From contig NC_068981.1 in the NCBI RefSeq assembly GCF_001194135.2, forward strand, positions 188,631,045 to 188,694,784: a stretch of DNA of 63,740 nt, given 5' to 3'. How positions within the stretch are numbered: position 1 is the first letter of the stretch; each line of letters begins with the position of its first letter. The DNA comes from Octopus bimaculoides (taxonomy: Eukaryota). Shown here in pieces: positions 39,484 through 51,699 of the stretch. A program made the position numbers and the translations under genes. Under the pieces are notes generated by a model. That model saw only the letters and a program-made list of their open reading frames with translations. It ran no database searches and had not been told where the DNA came from.

Positions 39484-39635
39484 ATTATTTACATTATTTA
39501 CATTTGACAGATATTTGTCCTCATCTTGTTTGTTGTTAACACAACGTTTCGGCTGATATACCCTTCAGCCTTCGTCAGGTGTCTTGGGGAAATTTCGAAC
39601 CTGGGTTCTCATTCCTAACGATGTTACTATTATTA

Positions 39636-39671
<36 letters not shown>

Positions 39672-39876
39672 TATTAATCAGGTCGCTGCTGTGAATCGAA
39701 CTCGGAACCTTGGGGTTAGTAGCCCGCACTCTTAACCACTACGCCATATGCCCTGACGAAGGCTGGAGGGTATATCAGCCGAAACGTTGTGTTAACAACA
39801 AACAAGATGAGGACAAATATCCGTCAAATGTAAATAATGTAAATAATGTAAATAATTCCTCATCTCTTAAATATAG
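39484..39876 (-). mobile_element. Composite insertion: tRNA-headed SINE with hammerhead-bearing tail plus inverted tail copy, 16-bp TSD
   Basis: TSD AACAGTTAAGAACTAT at 39468-39483 and 39877-39892; inverted arms 39484-39579 / 39752-39847 (96 bp, 2 mismatches); A box 39746-39736, B box 39703-39693. Confidence 0.9.
39539..39582 (-). ncRNA. Minimal type I hammerhead ribozyme (Penelope type, dimer-dependent)
   Basis: ACAC-CTGACGA-A-GGCTG(aagggtatat)CAGCC-GAAA-CG-TT^GTGT. Stem I is ACAC/GTGT, stem II is 5 bp, and the palindrome AACGTT replaces stem III. Confidence 0.7.
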
Positions 39877-40059
39877 AACAGTTAAGAACTATGTTGTGTT
39901 GTGGATGTTGAGAGGGAAAAAAACCCCCCATAAAATTCAACATTCAAGGTAGATGGTTTAGTTGCTACACAGGTAGCAGTAAAACACATTTAAGGGCTGG
40001 CTGCACAGAAAGCCTAAAGGAACACAACTAACAACAACAAAATTGCTGGCATTGTGTCT

Positions 40060-41300
40060 AAATTTGAAACAACTATGAGGTGGTTCGCTAGCAGAATTAT
40101 TGGAATATTGAAACAAATGCTTTGCAATACCTCTTCTGGTTCTTTGACATTCTAAGTTCAAATGCTGTCAAAACCAACTTTTCCTTTTATCCTTTCACTG
40201 TTGATAACATTAGTCAAGTGCTGGGGTCAGTGGCATTGATTTAACACTTTTCCTCAAAATTTCTGGTGTTGTGCCTTGGAAGACTCAATGAGTGCATTGG
40301 AAAAGATGCTTTGTGGCATTTGTTCTGATTCTTTATATTCTGAGTTCAAATCCTGCTGAGGTCACCTTTGCTTTTCCTCCCTCTAGGATTGATGAAATAA
40401 AGAACCAGTTCGGCAGTGGGGTTACTGTAATCAACTAACTACCTCCCCCAGGATTTCAGGCCTTATGCTTCAGCAATCTGGTAGAATCGTTAGCTCTCTG
40501 GACTCTAAATGCATAGTGACATTTCGTCCATCTTTACATTTTGATTTGTGGAGGCGCAATGGCCCAGTGGTTAGGACAGCAGATTCACAGTCATAGAATT
40601 GCGGTTTCGATTCCTAGACCGGGCATTGTGAGTGTTTATTGAGCGAAAACACCTAAAGCTCCACAAGGCTCCGGCAGGGGGTGGTGGTGAATCCTGCTGT
40701 ACTCCTTCACCACAACTTTCTCTCACTCTTTCTTCCTGTCTCTGTTGAACTTGTATTTCAAAGGTCCAGCCTTGTCACACTCTGTGTCACGCTGAATCTC
40801 CCTGAGAACTATGTTATGGGTTCATGTGTCTGTGGAGTGCTCAGCCACTTGCATGTTAATTTCACGAGCAAGCTGTTCCGTTGATTAGATCAACTGGAAC
40901 CCTCGTTGTCATAACCGACAGAGTGAAAAGATCAACATTCTGATTTCAAATACCACCAAGATCAACTTTTCCTTCCATCCTTTTGGGGTCTATAAAATAA
41001 GTACCAGTTGAAGATCAGGGTCAATGTAATCAACTTACCTCTTCCCTTGAAACTGCTGGACTCGAGCTAAAGTTTGAAACCATTATTATGAGGGCAGTAG
41101 ATTGGCAGATTAATTAGTGAAGGCCAAAACACTTTGCAGTTTTCCTTCCAGCTTTTAATGTTCTGAATTGAAATCCCACGGCAGTCAACATAACCTTTCA
41201 ACCTTAAGGAACTGATAAGTGAAATACCAGTCCAGTACTGGAGTTGATGTAATTGATTAACCATATCTTCTCAGAGTTACTGGTCTTGTGCCTAAGTTTA
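40060..41300 (+). mobile_element. Array of about four family A SINEs
   Basis: Repeated head-core-tail blocks at ~40060, ~40300, ~40470 (interrupted) and ~41090. Confidence 0.8.
40548..40934 (+). mobile_element. Distinct tRNA-headed SINE (family D) nested in a family A SINE
   Basis: GGAGGCGCAATGGCCCAGTGGTTAGG..GGTTTCGATTCC head; flanked by ACATTTTGATTT (40536-47) / ACATTCTGATTT (40935-46). Confidence 0.8.
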
Positions 41301-41315
41301 TTATTATCATTATTA

Positions 41316-41355
<40 letters not shown>

Positions 41356-41357
<2 letters not shown>

Positions 41358-41725
41358 GAAAACTCACAGCTTATTTTGCTGGGTATGATGAAAAGTGTCA
41401 GCTGTAGACAGCCCGCAGACTGAGGTGACACTTGTTTACTGGTCATGCTTCAAGAACCCTGCCAAGAATTCTTGCAGTTCCAAGCAATGCTGAGTTTTGT
41501 AGGTGTTCTACCTTCACACTTGCACCGATCTTTTTCAGCCATGTTGGCAGATACTTCCAAGTGCACCAATTACTATTGGTATCACGTCTACTTTCTTCAT
41601 TGACCACAACCTTCGTATTTCCCACTTCAAATTGCGTAGTTGTTTATTTTTACTTCTCCTTTCAAATTGATCCTGTTGTCACTGGGGCATGCTATGTCGA
41701 TTATCATACATGTTCTTTCTTTTTT
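41356..41725 (-). mobile_element. R4/Dong-clade LINE 3' end, fourth subfamily, inserted in (TAA)n
   Basis: KERTCMIIDIACPSDNRI..KWEIRRLWSMKKVDVIPIVIGALGS..WLKKIGASVKVEHLQNSALLGTARILGRVLEA*; short 3' UTR then (TAA)n. Confidence 0.92.
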
Positions 41726-41768
41726 ATTCACCACATTATTATTGTTATTATTATTATTTCTACTCAAA

Positions 41769-42165
41769 GTCGGTGAGCTGGCAGAATCATTAGCACACCG
41801 GATGAAATGTTTAGCGGTATTTCACCTGTTGCTACATTCTGAGTTCAAATTCTGCTGCGGTTGACTTTGCTTTTCATCCTTTCAGGGTTGCTAAATTAAA
41901 TACCAGAGAAAAACTGGGGTTGATATAATCGACTAGTCCCCACCCTTCAAATTTGAGGCCTTGTGTCACCAGTAGAAAGGATTGTGACACGTAAAAGCAC
42001 CTACTACACTCTCTGAGTGGTTGGCGTTAGGAAGAGCATCCAGCTGTAGAAACTCTGCCAAATTTAGATTGGAGCCTGGTGTTGCCATCCGGTTTCATCA
42101 GTCCTCAGTCAAATCGTCCAACCCATGCTAGCATGGAAGGCGGACGCTAAACGATGATGATGATT
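41769..42165 (+). mobile_element. SINE family A followed by RTE-type tail
   Basis: Family A at ~41769-41985; tail at ~41985-42165 ending (GAT)n. Confidence 0.85.
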
Positions 42166-42999
42166 ATTATTATTATGTGTTTCTGTATGTGTATCAATAT
42201 TTGTATCCTGCAAAATCTAAAATTAGCTGCCAGCCCTTTCATCTCTGACTCCCCTTCCATTGTACCTGTTGACCCTCATTTCCCATTCAGCCATCTCCAC
42301 ATTTAATTTTCTCTCTTTATCACTCATGCCCTTCCATTTCTCCTCTCCACACCACTCGAGTTGCTTGCAAATGATGACTGCCGCCTCACCCCTCTCCTCA
42401 TTGTTCTGCCTCCCACAGTTTACTAAGCTTTTATATGAAAGTCTTTTTTTATCAGACCATCCTTATCATTTTTACCTACACCCACCTTCCCTTCTCCACC
42501 TGGAGTCATCTTCCTATTACGCAATCCTCTCTCTCATCTCCTCACCACCCTCAATGTTTGTACAAGCATGGTTCCACTCTCTACCACTATTCACATTACT
42601 CTTCCACTCACTCACCCACCCACCTACCTCACTAAGTCTATATATAAGAGATTACATCAGTTCATCCTCATCACTCCACCATATTCTTCCATAACTAGGC
42701 CTGTCTATGTATAAGTCACTCTATTGAACTGCCTGATACTCAGTGCTACCTGTTTTTCTGTCCTACCCTTTTTCTAATACAATCCACCATTCACTCTCCA
42801 TCACCTTCATCTTGCTTTTGTCCACCTCCTGCTTTTGTCCATCACTTCCTTCCTACTTCTGACTCAGTAATTCTGTCTCAACCATCCTACCCTTGATCTT
42901 CTCACTCACCCATTCTGGTCTTCTACTTCTCCCCACCTCAACCATATCATTTGAATAGAAGTGCATGTCTTACGTTACTGATGACAAGGTGGCCCCTCA

Positions 43000-43530
43000 A
43001 ATATTGATGTCCAAGAACCTTCTAGGATGATGGGGGAAATGAGCAGAAGTAAAGTAGGGCCGATAAGTCCCTGAATCCTTTCTCACAAAGGACTTGACAA
43101 CTTTCCTGGTACTGGTTCCACAAAAAATACACCCAGTGCATTCTACAGAGAAATTGTAGGACTGTAAAGTCCCCTTAAACCTGTCTTGTAGAGTATCTCT
43201 AGTGCTGGTGCCATAAGAAAATGCACCCACTACACTTAGTAATGGGGGTCATCATCATCATCGTTTAACATCTGCTTTTCATGCTGGCATGGGTTGGACG
43301 GTTTGACTGAGGACTAGCAAGCCAGAAAGCTGCACCAGGTTCAGATCCCATCTGGCAAGATTTCAACAGTTAGATGTCCTTCCTAACACCAACCACTCCG
43401 AGGGTGTAGTGGGTGCTTTTTACATGCTATCAGCTTGAGGGCCAGCCAAGCAATACTGGCATTGGCCATGCTTAAATGGTGTTTTTTATGTACCACTGGC
43501 ATGGGAGCCAGTCATCCAGCTGTCGAAATC
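43000..43530 (-). mobile_element. RTE-type tails (minus)
   Basis: (CAT)n then CGTTTAACATCTGCTTTTCATGCTGGCATGGGTTGGACGG, reverse complement of the tail. Confidence 0.75.
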
Positions 43531-43659
43531 AAACCAAAATAACATGTATCTATATGCATGTTAATAGTCCCCATTAAGAAAACTGTTCAAGTTGTAATTA
43601 CTCGTCCAGTCCACACCAGCATGGAAAGCAGACCTGGAAAACTATTATTATTATTAATG

Positions 43660-45015
43660 TTGAACTGGTATTAGCACCTTGTGTAAAATTATTTGTGGCA
43701 TTTCTCTCAGCTCTTGGAGTTCTGAGTTCAAATCCTGTTGAGGTCAACTTTGCTTTTCATCCTTTGGGGAGGGGGATGGTCACTAGAATAAGTACCAGTT
43801 AAACATTGAGGTTGATGTGACTGACTCACCCCTTCACCTAAAATTGCTGGCCTTGTGCCAAAACATAAAAGCATCATTATTAATAATCCTTTCTATTATA
43901 GACACAAGGCCTAAAATTTGGGGGAGGAGAATAATCAATTACATCGACCTGTACTGTACTCAACTGGTACTTAATTTATCAACCCCAAAAGGATGAAAAG
44001 TAAAGTCGACCTCGGTGGAATTTGAACTCAGAACATAGCGACAGGTGAAATACTGCTAAGCATTTCGTCCAGCATGCTAATGATTCTGCCAGCTCGCTGC
44101 CTTCATTATAATTAATAATGATTATGTGGTGAACTGACCAAATCATTAGTGTCAGACAAACTGCTTAATGGCATTTCTCTCGTGTTCAAATCCTATCAAG
44201 GCCAGCTTTACCTATTGTCCTTTCAGGGTGAAAAAGATAGAGTACCAGTCAAGTACTGGAGTTGATATAATTAATCAACCCAATTCCGATTAGGAGAACA
44301 GAAGAATAGAAAAAAAAATTAAAATAGTCAGTAAATGTTTTGCAAACAACCTGCACATGCAAATGCTACCAGTCAAGAACTCTGCATACCAGAAGGTAGC
44401 AAGTGTATGGGATCATCAGGACAGAATGCGCGCCATTTCGGGGCCTACCTCTCGATGGCATCAATGCACACTGGCCCCTCTCATTGATATAAAGCCCCAC
44501 TTGCTAGATCAATTAGTTATCAAGAAAAGCTCAATATTCTTCTAACCATTGCTCATCGTCTCTTTTTGACCAAATCCAGTGGCTAGCCTTTTCCACTGTA
44601 ATTTGGCTATCGGTCATGGTGGTATTTATTTTACATTGAGTTAGGCCTAACGGTATCAACAGTCAGTAGATTAACAGACAAACTGCCACAAGATATTTCA
44701 TCTGTCACTTAGCCTTTCATAATTCTGAGGTTGATAAAATAAGGCAACCATCAAATATCAAGTTGATTTAATTGACTACGCATCCAGCCAAATTTTTGGT
44801 CTTGTAATAATAATTCTTTATACTATAGGCACAAGGCCTGAAATTTACGGCATGCTGGGGCTAGACAATTACATTGGTACACAAATGATATTTAATCCAT
44901 TGATCCTGAAAAGATGAAAAGTAAAGTCGACTTCAACAAAATTTGAACTCAGAATGCTAAGAGCTAGAAGTACTTTATCCAACGTGCTAATTATTCTGCC
45001 GGCTCACTGCCTTCT
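43660..45015. mobile_element. Five family A SINEs including two tail-to-tail pairs
   Basis: Plus ~43660-43875 / minus ~43885-44105; plus ~44125-44285; plus ~44645-44810 / minus ~44815-45015. Confidence 0.8.
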
Positions 45016-45421
45016 TTGTTAGAAAATGATAATGATACCTATTATTCAGTAATCTTATTTGTATTGCATCTTTTCATTGTACAACAGAGTACAGCACTGT
45101 GTATCTCGATATATACATACAGTGTATTTTGTATTTTCTATTGCTAGAAATACTTTAATACAATGCCCTGTAGTGCTATTTTGTGTGTGTTGTGTATATT
45201 CATAATTCTTAAGGATTTGATTGTGTATTAATCTGCATCATTTTTAATAATTCCCAAGACACCCACCTAATATTAGAGAGACTGTACATGTTTTCAGTCC
45301 CCACATTTTGGTTATTGCTATTTGCAGATTTTGCTATTTGGGTAGTTTCACCATTCTTCCAGAGATATATAATCATTCGCTGGAAACGATATGTCGATTA
45401 GGCAATATTTGCTAATAGTCT

Positions 45422-45459
<38 letters not shown>

Positions 45460-46189
45460 CAATATGGTTTCACTTAATTTCTCTGTATAAATCCATATTA
45501 TCTTCCAGGTTATAGTCACTTTGCCATCCTTTAAAACCATTTGTACTTTCTCTTCTCTGTGGGTATTCCATATTTTCAAGTATATGCAAGTTCAGATTCT
45601 GCAAACTCTCTTGTTGTGCTTCTCTGTGTGTGCTTATATACAGTCAGTAGGCGAGAGCTAAATAAGCTCAGTATAGAAAACACATTGTAGCATTTGAATG
45701 AATTAAAACTTAAATTCTGATTTCTTCATAAGGAGTACTATAAGAGAAATCCAAATCAAGCTGATATGGAGATGGTAAGGTAAATAAACACATATAAGAC
45801 TCAACATGTTGCATTTGCCTATCTTCTCTTGAGAAGAGGAGTCAGACATGCAGCGATAGCTTCATCAGACTGACCACCAGTTGCGTACTTGTGACTTTTT
45901 GCATATATCACCTGCAAATTATGATTTTACTGTAACTCTTAGTTTTCTGAAACAGCTGATAAGACATTACATAACTTCTTCAGATGTGTTTTTTTTAATT
46001 TATTTTCTATATTTTGGGCTTCATGTAAATGTTTATATTCATCTTTATTTGTGTTTATCTACCTTACTACATCTATACACACACACACACACACATGTAC
46101 ACGTACAAACACATCTTTTTTTCTTCTATCCTTTACTTGCTTCAGGCATTAGACTGTGGCCATGCTGAAGCAACACCTTGAAGAAAGCA

Positions 46190-46530
46190 CATCCAAGCGT
46201 GATCGTTGCCAGGGCCACGGATTGGCTCCCATGCCGGTGACATGTGAAAAGCACCATTCGAGCATGATCGTTGCCAGTATCGTCTTAGTGGCACATGAGA
46301 AACAATATTCAAGCGTGGTCGTTGCCAGTACTGCTTGACTGGCCCTCGTGCCGGTGGCATGTAAAAGCACCCACTACAATCTCAGAGTGGTTGGCATTAG
46401 GAAGGGCATCCAGCTGTAGAAACTTTGCCAGATAAGATTGAGCCTGGTGCAGCCTCTGGCTCACCAGTCCTCAGTCAAACCGTCCAACCCATGCCAACAT
46501 GGAAAGCGGACGTTAAACAATGATGATATA
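46190..46530 (+). mobile_element. RTE-type tail with tandem ~45-bp GGCA(C/T)(A/G)TG units
   Basis: Three internal units followed by the standard tail. Confidence 0.85.
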
Positions 46531-46533
46531 TAT

Positions 46534-46850
46534 NNNNNNNNNNNNNNNNNNNNNNNNNNNNNNNNNNNNNNNNNNNNNNNNNNNNNNNNNNNNNNNNNNN
46601 NNNNNNNNNNNNNNNNNNNNNNNNNNNNNNNNNNNNNNNNNNNNNNNNNNNNNNNNNNNNNNNNNNNNNNNNNNNNNNNNNNNNNNNNNNNNNNNNNNNN
46701 NNNNNNNNNNNNNNNNNNNNNNNNNNNNNNNNNNNNNNNNNNNNNNNNNNNNNNNNNNNNNNNNNNNNNNNNNNNNNNNNNNNNNNNNNNNNNNNNNNNN
46801 NNNNNNNNNNNNNNNNNNNNNNNNNNNNNNNNNNNNNNNNNNNNNNNNNN
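46534..46850. other. Assembly gap (N run)
   Basis: Ns within (TA)n. Confidence 1.
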
Positions 46851-48768
46851 NATATATATATATATATACATACATACAAACACAATGATCTTTTTTCAGT
46901 TTCCAACAACCAAATCCATTCACAAGGCTTTGGTTGGCCCAAGGTTAGAGTAGAAGACATTTTCTATGCTTTTCTGTGTGTAAAAACATTTTCATGGGTT
47001 GAGATTCACTCTTTATCGACTTTGTTCTTGCCCAGTCTAGTCAAGTATTGCCCATGTTAGTATTTTGCTGATCAATGCCATTTGTATATTTTACAAAGCC
47101 ATTCAAAATTTAGGTAGAGTTTTCTGTGTTCTTTTTAAAGAGTTTTTTTTATTCTTGTCTCTTTCTCCTTTCCGTTGCCTCTGTTTTAAATTTCTTGAGA
47201 GGCCACCTCCTCCCCTTAATGTGAGTAGCCATGTAGCTCTTATACTACAAGAACCTGTTCTATTCCACCCCTCCTCATCTGTTAGCATAATGCCCCACCC
47301 CCTCAGGTTTTGTAGGCTTGTATGCCACATGGTGACTTAATTTGTGCCAATGGCATGAGAAAATCACCCTACACTCAGTATAAGGTAGTTGGTATTAGGA
47401 AGGGCATCAGACCATAGAAACCACACCAAAACATACACTGCGGTATAATGTAGTCCTTGGACTCTCAGAATCCTTTCAGACCATCCAACCCATGCCAGCA
47501 TGGAAAATGTATGTTAAAAGCTGCTTAGACGATATTGATTAGTGTATATAATATTTAAAAGCATTTTCTACTTGCAGAAGACCCTTTCCTCTTTGTATTT
47601 ATGGTGAATATAACCTTTCTGTGTCACATTTGTTGCATTTTCTAAATGCGATCATTAGTTGCTTTGTTTTGCTATTTTGTCTTGTTAATTCACTTAACTT
47701 CCAATGATATTATAATTGTAAAATATTACTGGACTAGAACAGAGTTTTGCTGTATATTACCTTATTTTTAACATTTAGCTCAATTTATAACATTAATCAA
47801 ATTTATCTCTAATATGCCTTCCTAACTTCTTTCATACATCTGTGCTGGAATCTATCTAGTTCATTAATTCTAAGAATTTGTAAGTCTGTGTTAGGACTAA
47901 TTCTCTCATCTCTGTTTCTTTATCTAAGATGATATCAGTGCTTTTAATTAATTTTCCTCTCATCAAAGTTGTCTTGGTACATTTTCCTAAATCAAATTTC
48001 ATGCCAATTTCCTAACCAAATCAATGCACTGTCTGTAACATTGTTTCTATGTATTTGACATCTTTAGTGCACTAACAAGTCATCTACACACAGGAGTGAG
48101 TTGTGACAGTCGTCCAACCCATGCTAGCATGGAAAGCGGACGTTAAACGATGATGATGATGATGATGATGATTTCATTGCACTTGAATCTATATTCAGTT
48201 CAGCCTTTTTATCATATACGCTTATCTCTTGGCAGAAAAGGAGTAAAGAGATGTCCCCATGGTATATTCCTCTTCTAATGAGAATGAATTTAGTTCTTGC
48301 TTCAATCTGTAAATCAGTTTTCTCTTCATTTTATCTTTTACTTGTTTCGGTTATTAGACTGTGGACATGCTGGAGCATCATCTTGAATTTTTAGTTGAAT
48401 GAATCAATCTCAGTGCTTATTTTTATTTTAAGCCTGGTATCTATTCTATTAAACGCCTTTTGCCGAACAGCTAAGTAACAGGGATGTAAACAAACCAACA
48501 CTGGTTGTCAAGCCATGGTGGGAGACAAACACACACACATGCACATGATAGGCTTCTTTCAATTTGCTCAAGGTGCCACACAGTGGCATTTTGTCTGTCT
48601 TTGCATTCTGAATTCAAGTGCTGCTGAGGTCAACTTTGTTTTTCATTCTTTCAGGGTTGATAACGTAAGGACCAGTCAAGCACTGGAATCTATGTTATTG
48701 ACCAGCCCTCACCCCCTAATTTCAGGCCTTCTATCTATAGTAAAAAGGATAATTATTATTATCATTAT

Positions 48769-49317
48769 TGACTGAGAGAGCATGCCACCAAAGTGACACT
48801 GGGGTACAAATTTATGAAGCCCAGTATACCCATTATGACTACCCATCTGATAAGAGTACATAAGGCACTTGCATCACAACCATACGTGCATGACATGGTG
48901 ATCTCATATCAAGATAAACAGTGCATGACCTTGCAGGTGGAGCCCAGTTAGGATTTTCTTCAGGTTGAGTACCCCATCCCACTCAAAAGGTCCCTGAATA
49001 AGGGTTGTTTAAGGAGGTTGAATGAAACACCCATGTTTCCAGAGGTGAATTATTCAAACCCCAAAGAATTCCTCTTAACACATGGCTATGATGCTTCCCC
49101 ACTACTTCTGCCCATGGTCAAAGATACACATATTGTCAGCCACCAAGGGACATGTTCAGCCTGTTATGGTCAAGCAATTGACAAGCAAATCTGTGGTATT
49201 GAGCAGAGCATTTGCTGTAGCCCATCTTTTATACCATAACAAAACATGTACATGATAACACTTTCAATCAGTTAAGATCAGAAGCCATGAGAACCACTGC
49301 CTGGTACTGCATCAGTG

Positions 49318-49322
<5 letters not shown>
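48769..49322 (-). mobile_element. ~540-bp non-coding element in (AAT)n, copy 2
   Basis: Both ends abut (ATT)n; aligns with copies 1 and 3. Confidence 0.9.
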
Positions 49323-49386
<64 letters not shown>

Positions 49387-50634
49387 CTAAAGTGGATTCC
49401 TTTTACTTATGCCTTCCTTAACTGGTAACCTATATATAAAACATATACCACTATATATAATTTTTCTTAATTACAATTGTCAACAGTAGCCTCAATAAAT
49501 ATTTGGTTGTCAAAGAGCAACAATGTAAACTAATCTATAGTAATTCAGCAGAGTTCAGTAATCCCTTAAAGATAAATACAACTGGACAAGATTTACTGAT
49601 TGCTATATTTCAGAAAGTCTATTTATAAACACTACAGAGAATCATAACAAAACATGTTCAATTAAAAACTCTTCATTCATTACTGCTTGTTTTAATTCTT
49701 TGTGGAAACCATCAAGAGAACCATTCGGCTTGAGAGTTTGAGGTGAATCAGATAGAATTTTATGTTGCTTTTCACTTAGATTTTATGATAAGGAATATAG
49801 GTGATATGGATGGTATTGATACCAGCACTTTAAGTTTGTGCAGGATATGTGGAATATTCCATTTAAATTATTAAATATTGTACAGGGTTTTATTATATAA
49901 AACAGTTACACATTATTGGAATGAAATTCACTTATATCTAAACCGTTTTTAGCAGTTTGGTTGTTGGCAAGATTTCTCTTGTGATATAAACATTTTGATT
50001 AATTCCTTTACCATATATATTTGATGAGTTCCAGAAAATTCAGTGAAATTCATTACAAAATATATTAAAACTAGAAAAAAAAAATACCTGACTGTGCAAT
50101 TGAAAAGTAATTTTTAGAAATATCATTAGGGAAAAAGACCTTTTTTTTTAAAAAAAAACAAAGGTTGGCAAAAACACACACGAATCTATTCAATGAGAAA
50201 TAGAATTGATGACATTACCAATGACTATCAATACACAGCTGTTACCATGAATCAACATCTCACAGACAGCAAGCAGGCACATTTTAAAGAAACTACCAAA
50301 CTATCATCTATAATATGAAGCTTAAAACAAATATTGAAAATGTTTGCCAAAGAATTCACTAGGATGCTATCATGCAAAGAAAAGAGAATTGGAAGTTTAT
50401 TACGCATAAACTACTATACTGACAAAACTAATTAAACTGTTTAGTAATTCCAAACATAGTCACATGAGCTAACATATGTATGTACTAATAGGATATAAAC
50501 TACTATAGTAAACAGCTGCAATTATGAATAACTGTCATCTGCATGTTTGCCATCACAGACTCATTGTATAGAGAGACCATCGATACTAGCAAATGACCAT
50601 CAATTCTAGCATAATTCTATTATAAGGTGGTTAA

Positions 50635-50839
50635 CCCTTTTGATACCAACCCACCTGAAACCGTCTCTGGCTCTTTAGTTCGAATGTTTTGTTTTCAAAA
50701 GTTCTGAATTAAAATCTTTCACCAAATCTTAGTCAATGAGCTTAATGATAACTAAGTTATTTTACTAAATTCTTTATTTTATTCAAAATTAATTGAAAGA
50801 AACACAAAGTATCTCAACAAAAATATGGTAGCAAAAGGG
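50635..50839. mobile_element. piggyBac-type MITE inserted in a SINE B head
   Basis: TTAA TSD at 50631-34 and 50840-43; TIR CCCTTTTGATACCA / TGGTAGCAAAAGGG (13/14); the flanks rejoin as GGTGGTTAAGAAGCTTGC. Confidence 0.9.
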
Positions 50840-50956
50840 TTAAGAAGCTTGCTTTGGGTTCAATCTTACAATGCAGCACCTTGAGCAAGTGCCTTCTAAT
50901 ATAGTCTTAGGCTTCTAATATAGTCTTATGAGAGAATTTGGTAGGCAGAAACTCTT

Positions 50957-51425
50957 TAAGGCGGCGAGCTAGAAGAAATGTTAGCATGCCGAGCGAAATG
51001 CTTAGCGATATTTCGTCTGCCATTACATTCTGAGTTCAAATTCCGCCGAGGTTGACTTTGCCTTTCATCCTTTTGGGGTCGATAAATTAAGTACGAGTTA
51101 TGCACTGGGGTCGATGTAATCGACTTAATCCCTTTGTCTGTCCTTGTTTGTCCCCTCTGTATGTAGCCCCTTGTGGGCAATAAAGAAATAAGAAACTTTT
51201 TAGATGTCCATTGAATATGTATTTTTATACATATGAGGAGTGTTTGTGTTTGTCTTCCATCACTGCTTGACAACATAGCGTTGGTTTGTTTATGTCCTTG
51301 TAACTGTTGTGTAAAAGAGCCCAACAGGGTAAGTACCAGGCCTAGAAATAAGTACTGGGGTCGATTTGCTCGACTAAAAGGCAGTGCTCCAGCATGGCTG
51401 CAGTGAAACAACTGAAAGAAATAAA
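50957..51425 (+). mobile_element. SINE family A (variant tail) plus SINE B tail
   Basis: AAGGCGGCGAGCTAGAAG head at ~50957-51197; B tail at ~51240-51425. Confidence 0.85.
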
Positions 51426-51699
51426 AGATAACAGATGGGGTATGATAAAGTTGAGTAGGCTTGAAAAGACCTGCTGTACTAACAGTCAAGCTCAAAGTGA
51501 CACCTGCAACACTGAATCTTCGCAAAAAAGGGACTAAAAATATACATAATAAAAACTAATGGTTGGGTATTGAAATGCAATATAAAAATCCTTATTTGCT
51601 CCTTTACAAAACAGAAATATAAATACGTTCTGATTTGAATCATAAACCATGTAATCGACCTATGACAGGATTAAATCTACACATTTGCCAGACTATTCT

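Noticed and set aside
39679-39753. tRNA gene with ACT anticodon
   Set aside because: Acceptor, anticodon and T stems do not pair properly; it is a SINE head. The same applies to the other SINE heads in the window.
45348-45385. Minus-strand NDYISLEEW (EF-hand-like)
   Set aside because: Nine residues followed by TGA, with a weak donor and no flanking support.
45838-45875. Minus-strand CTGATGA-AGC(TATC)GCT hammerhead-like motif
   Set aside because: GAAA is replaced by GCAT and stem I is out of register.
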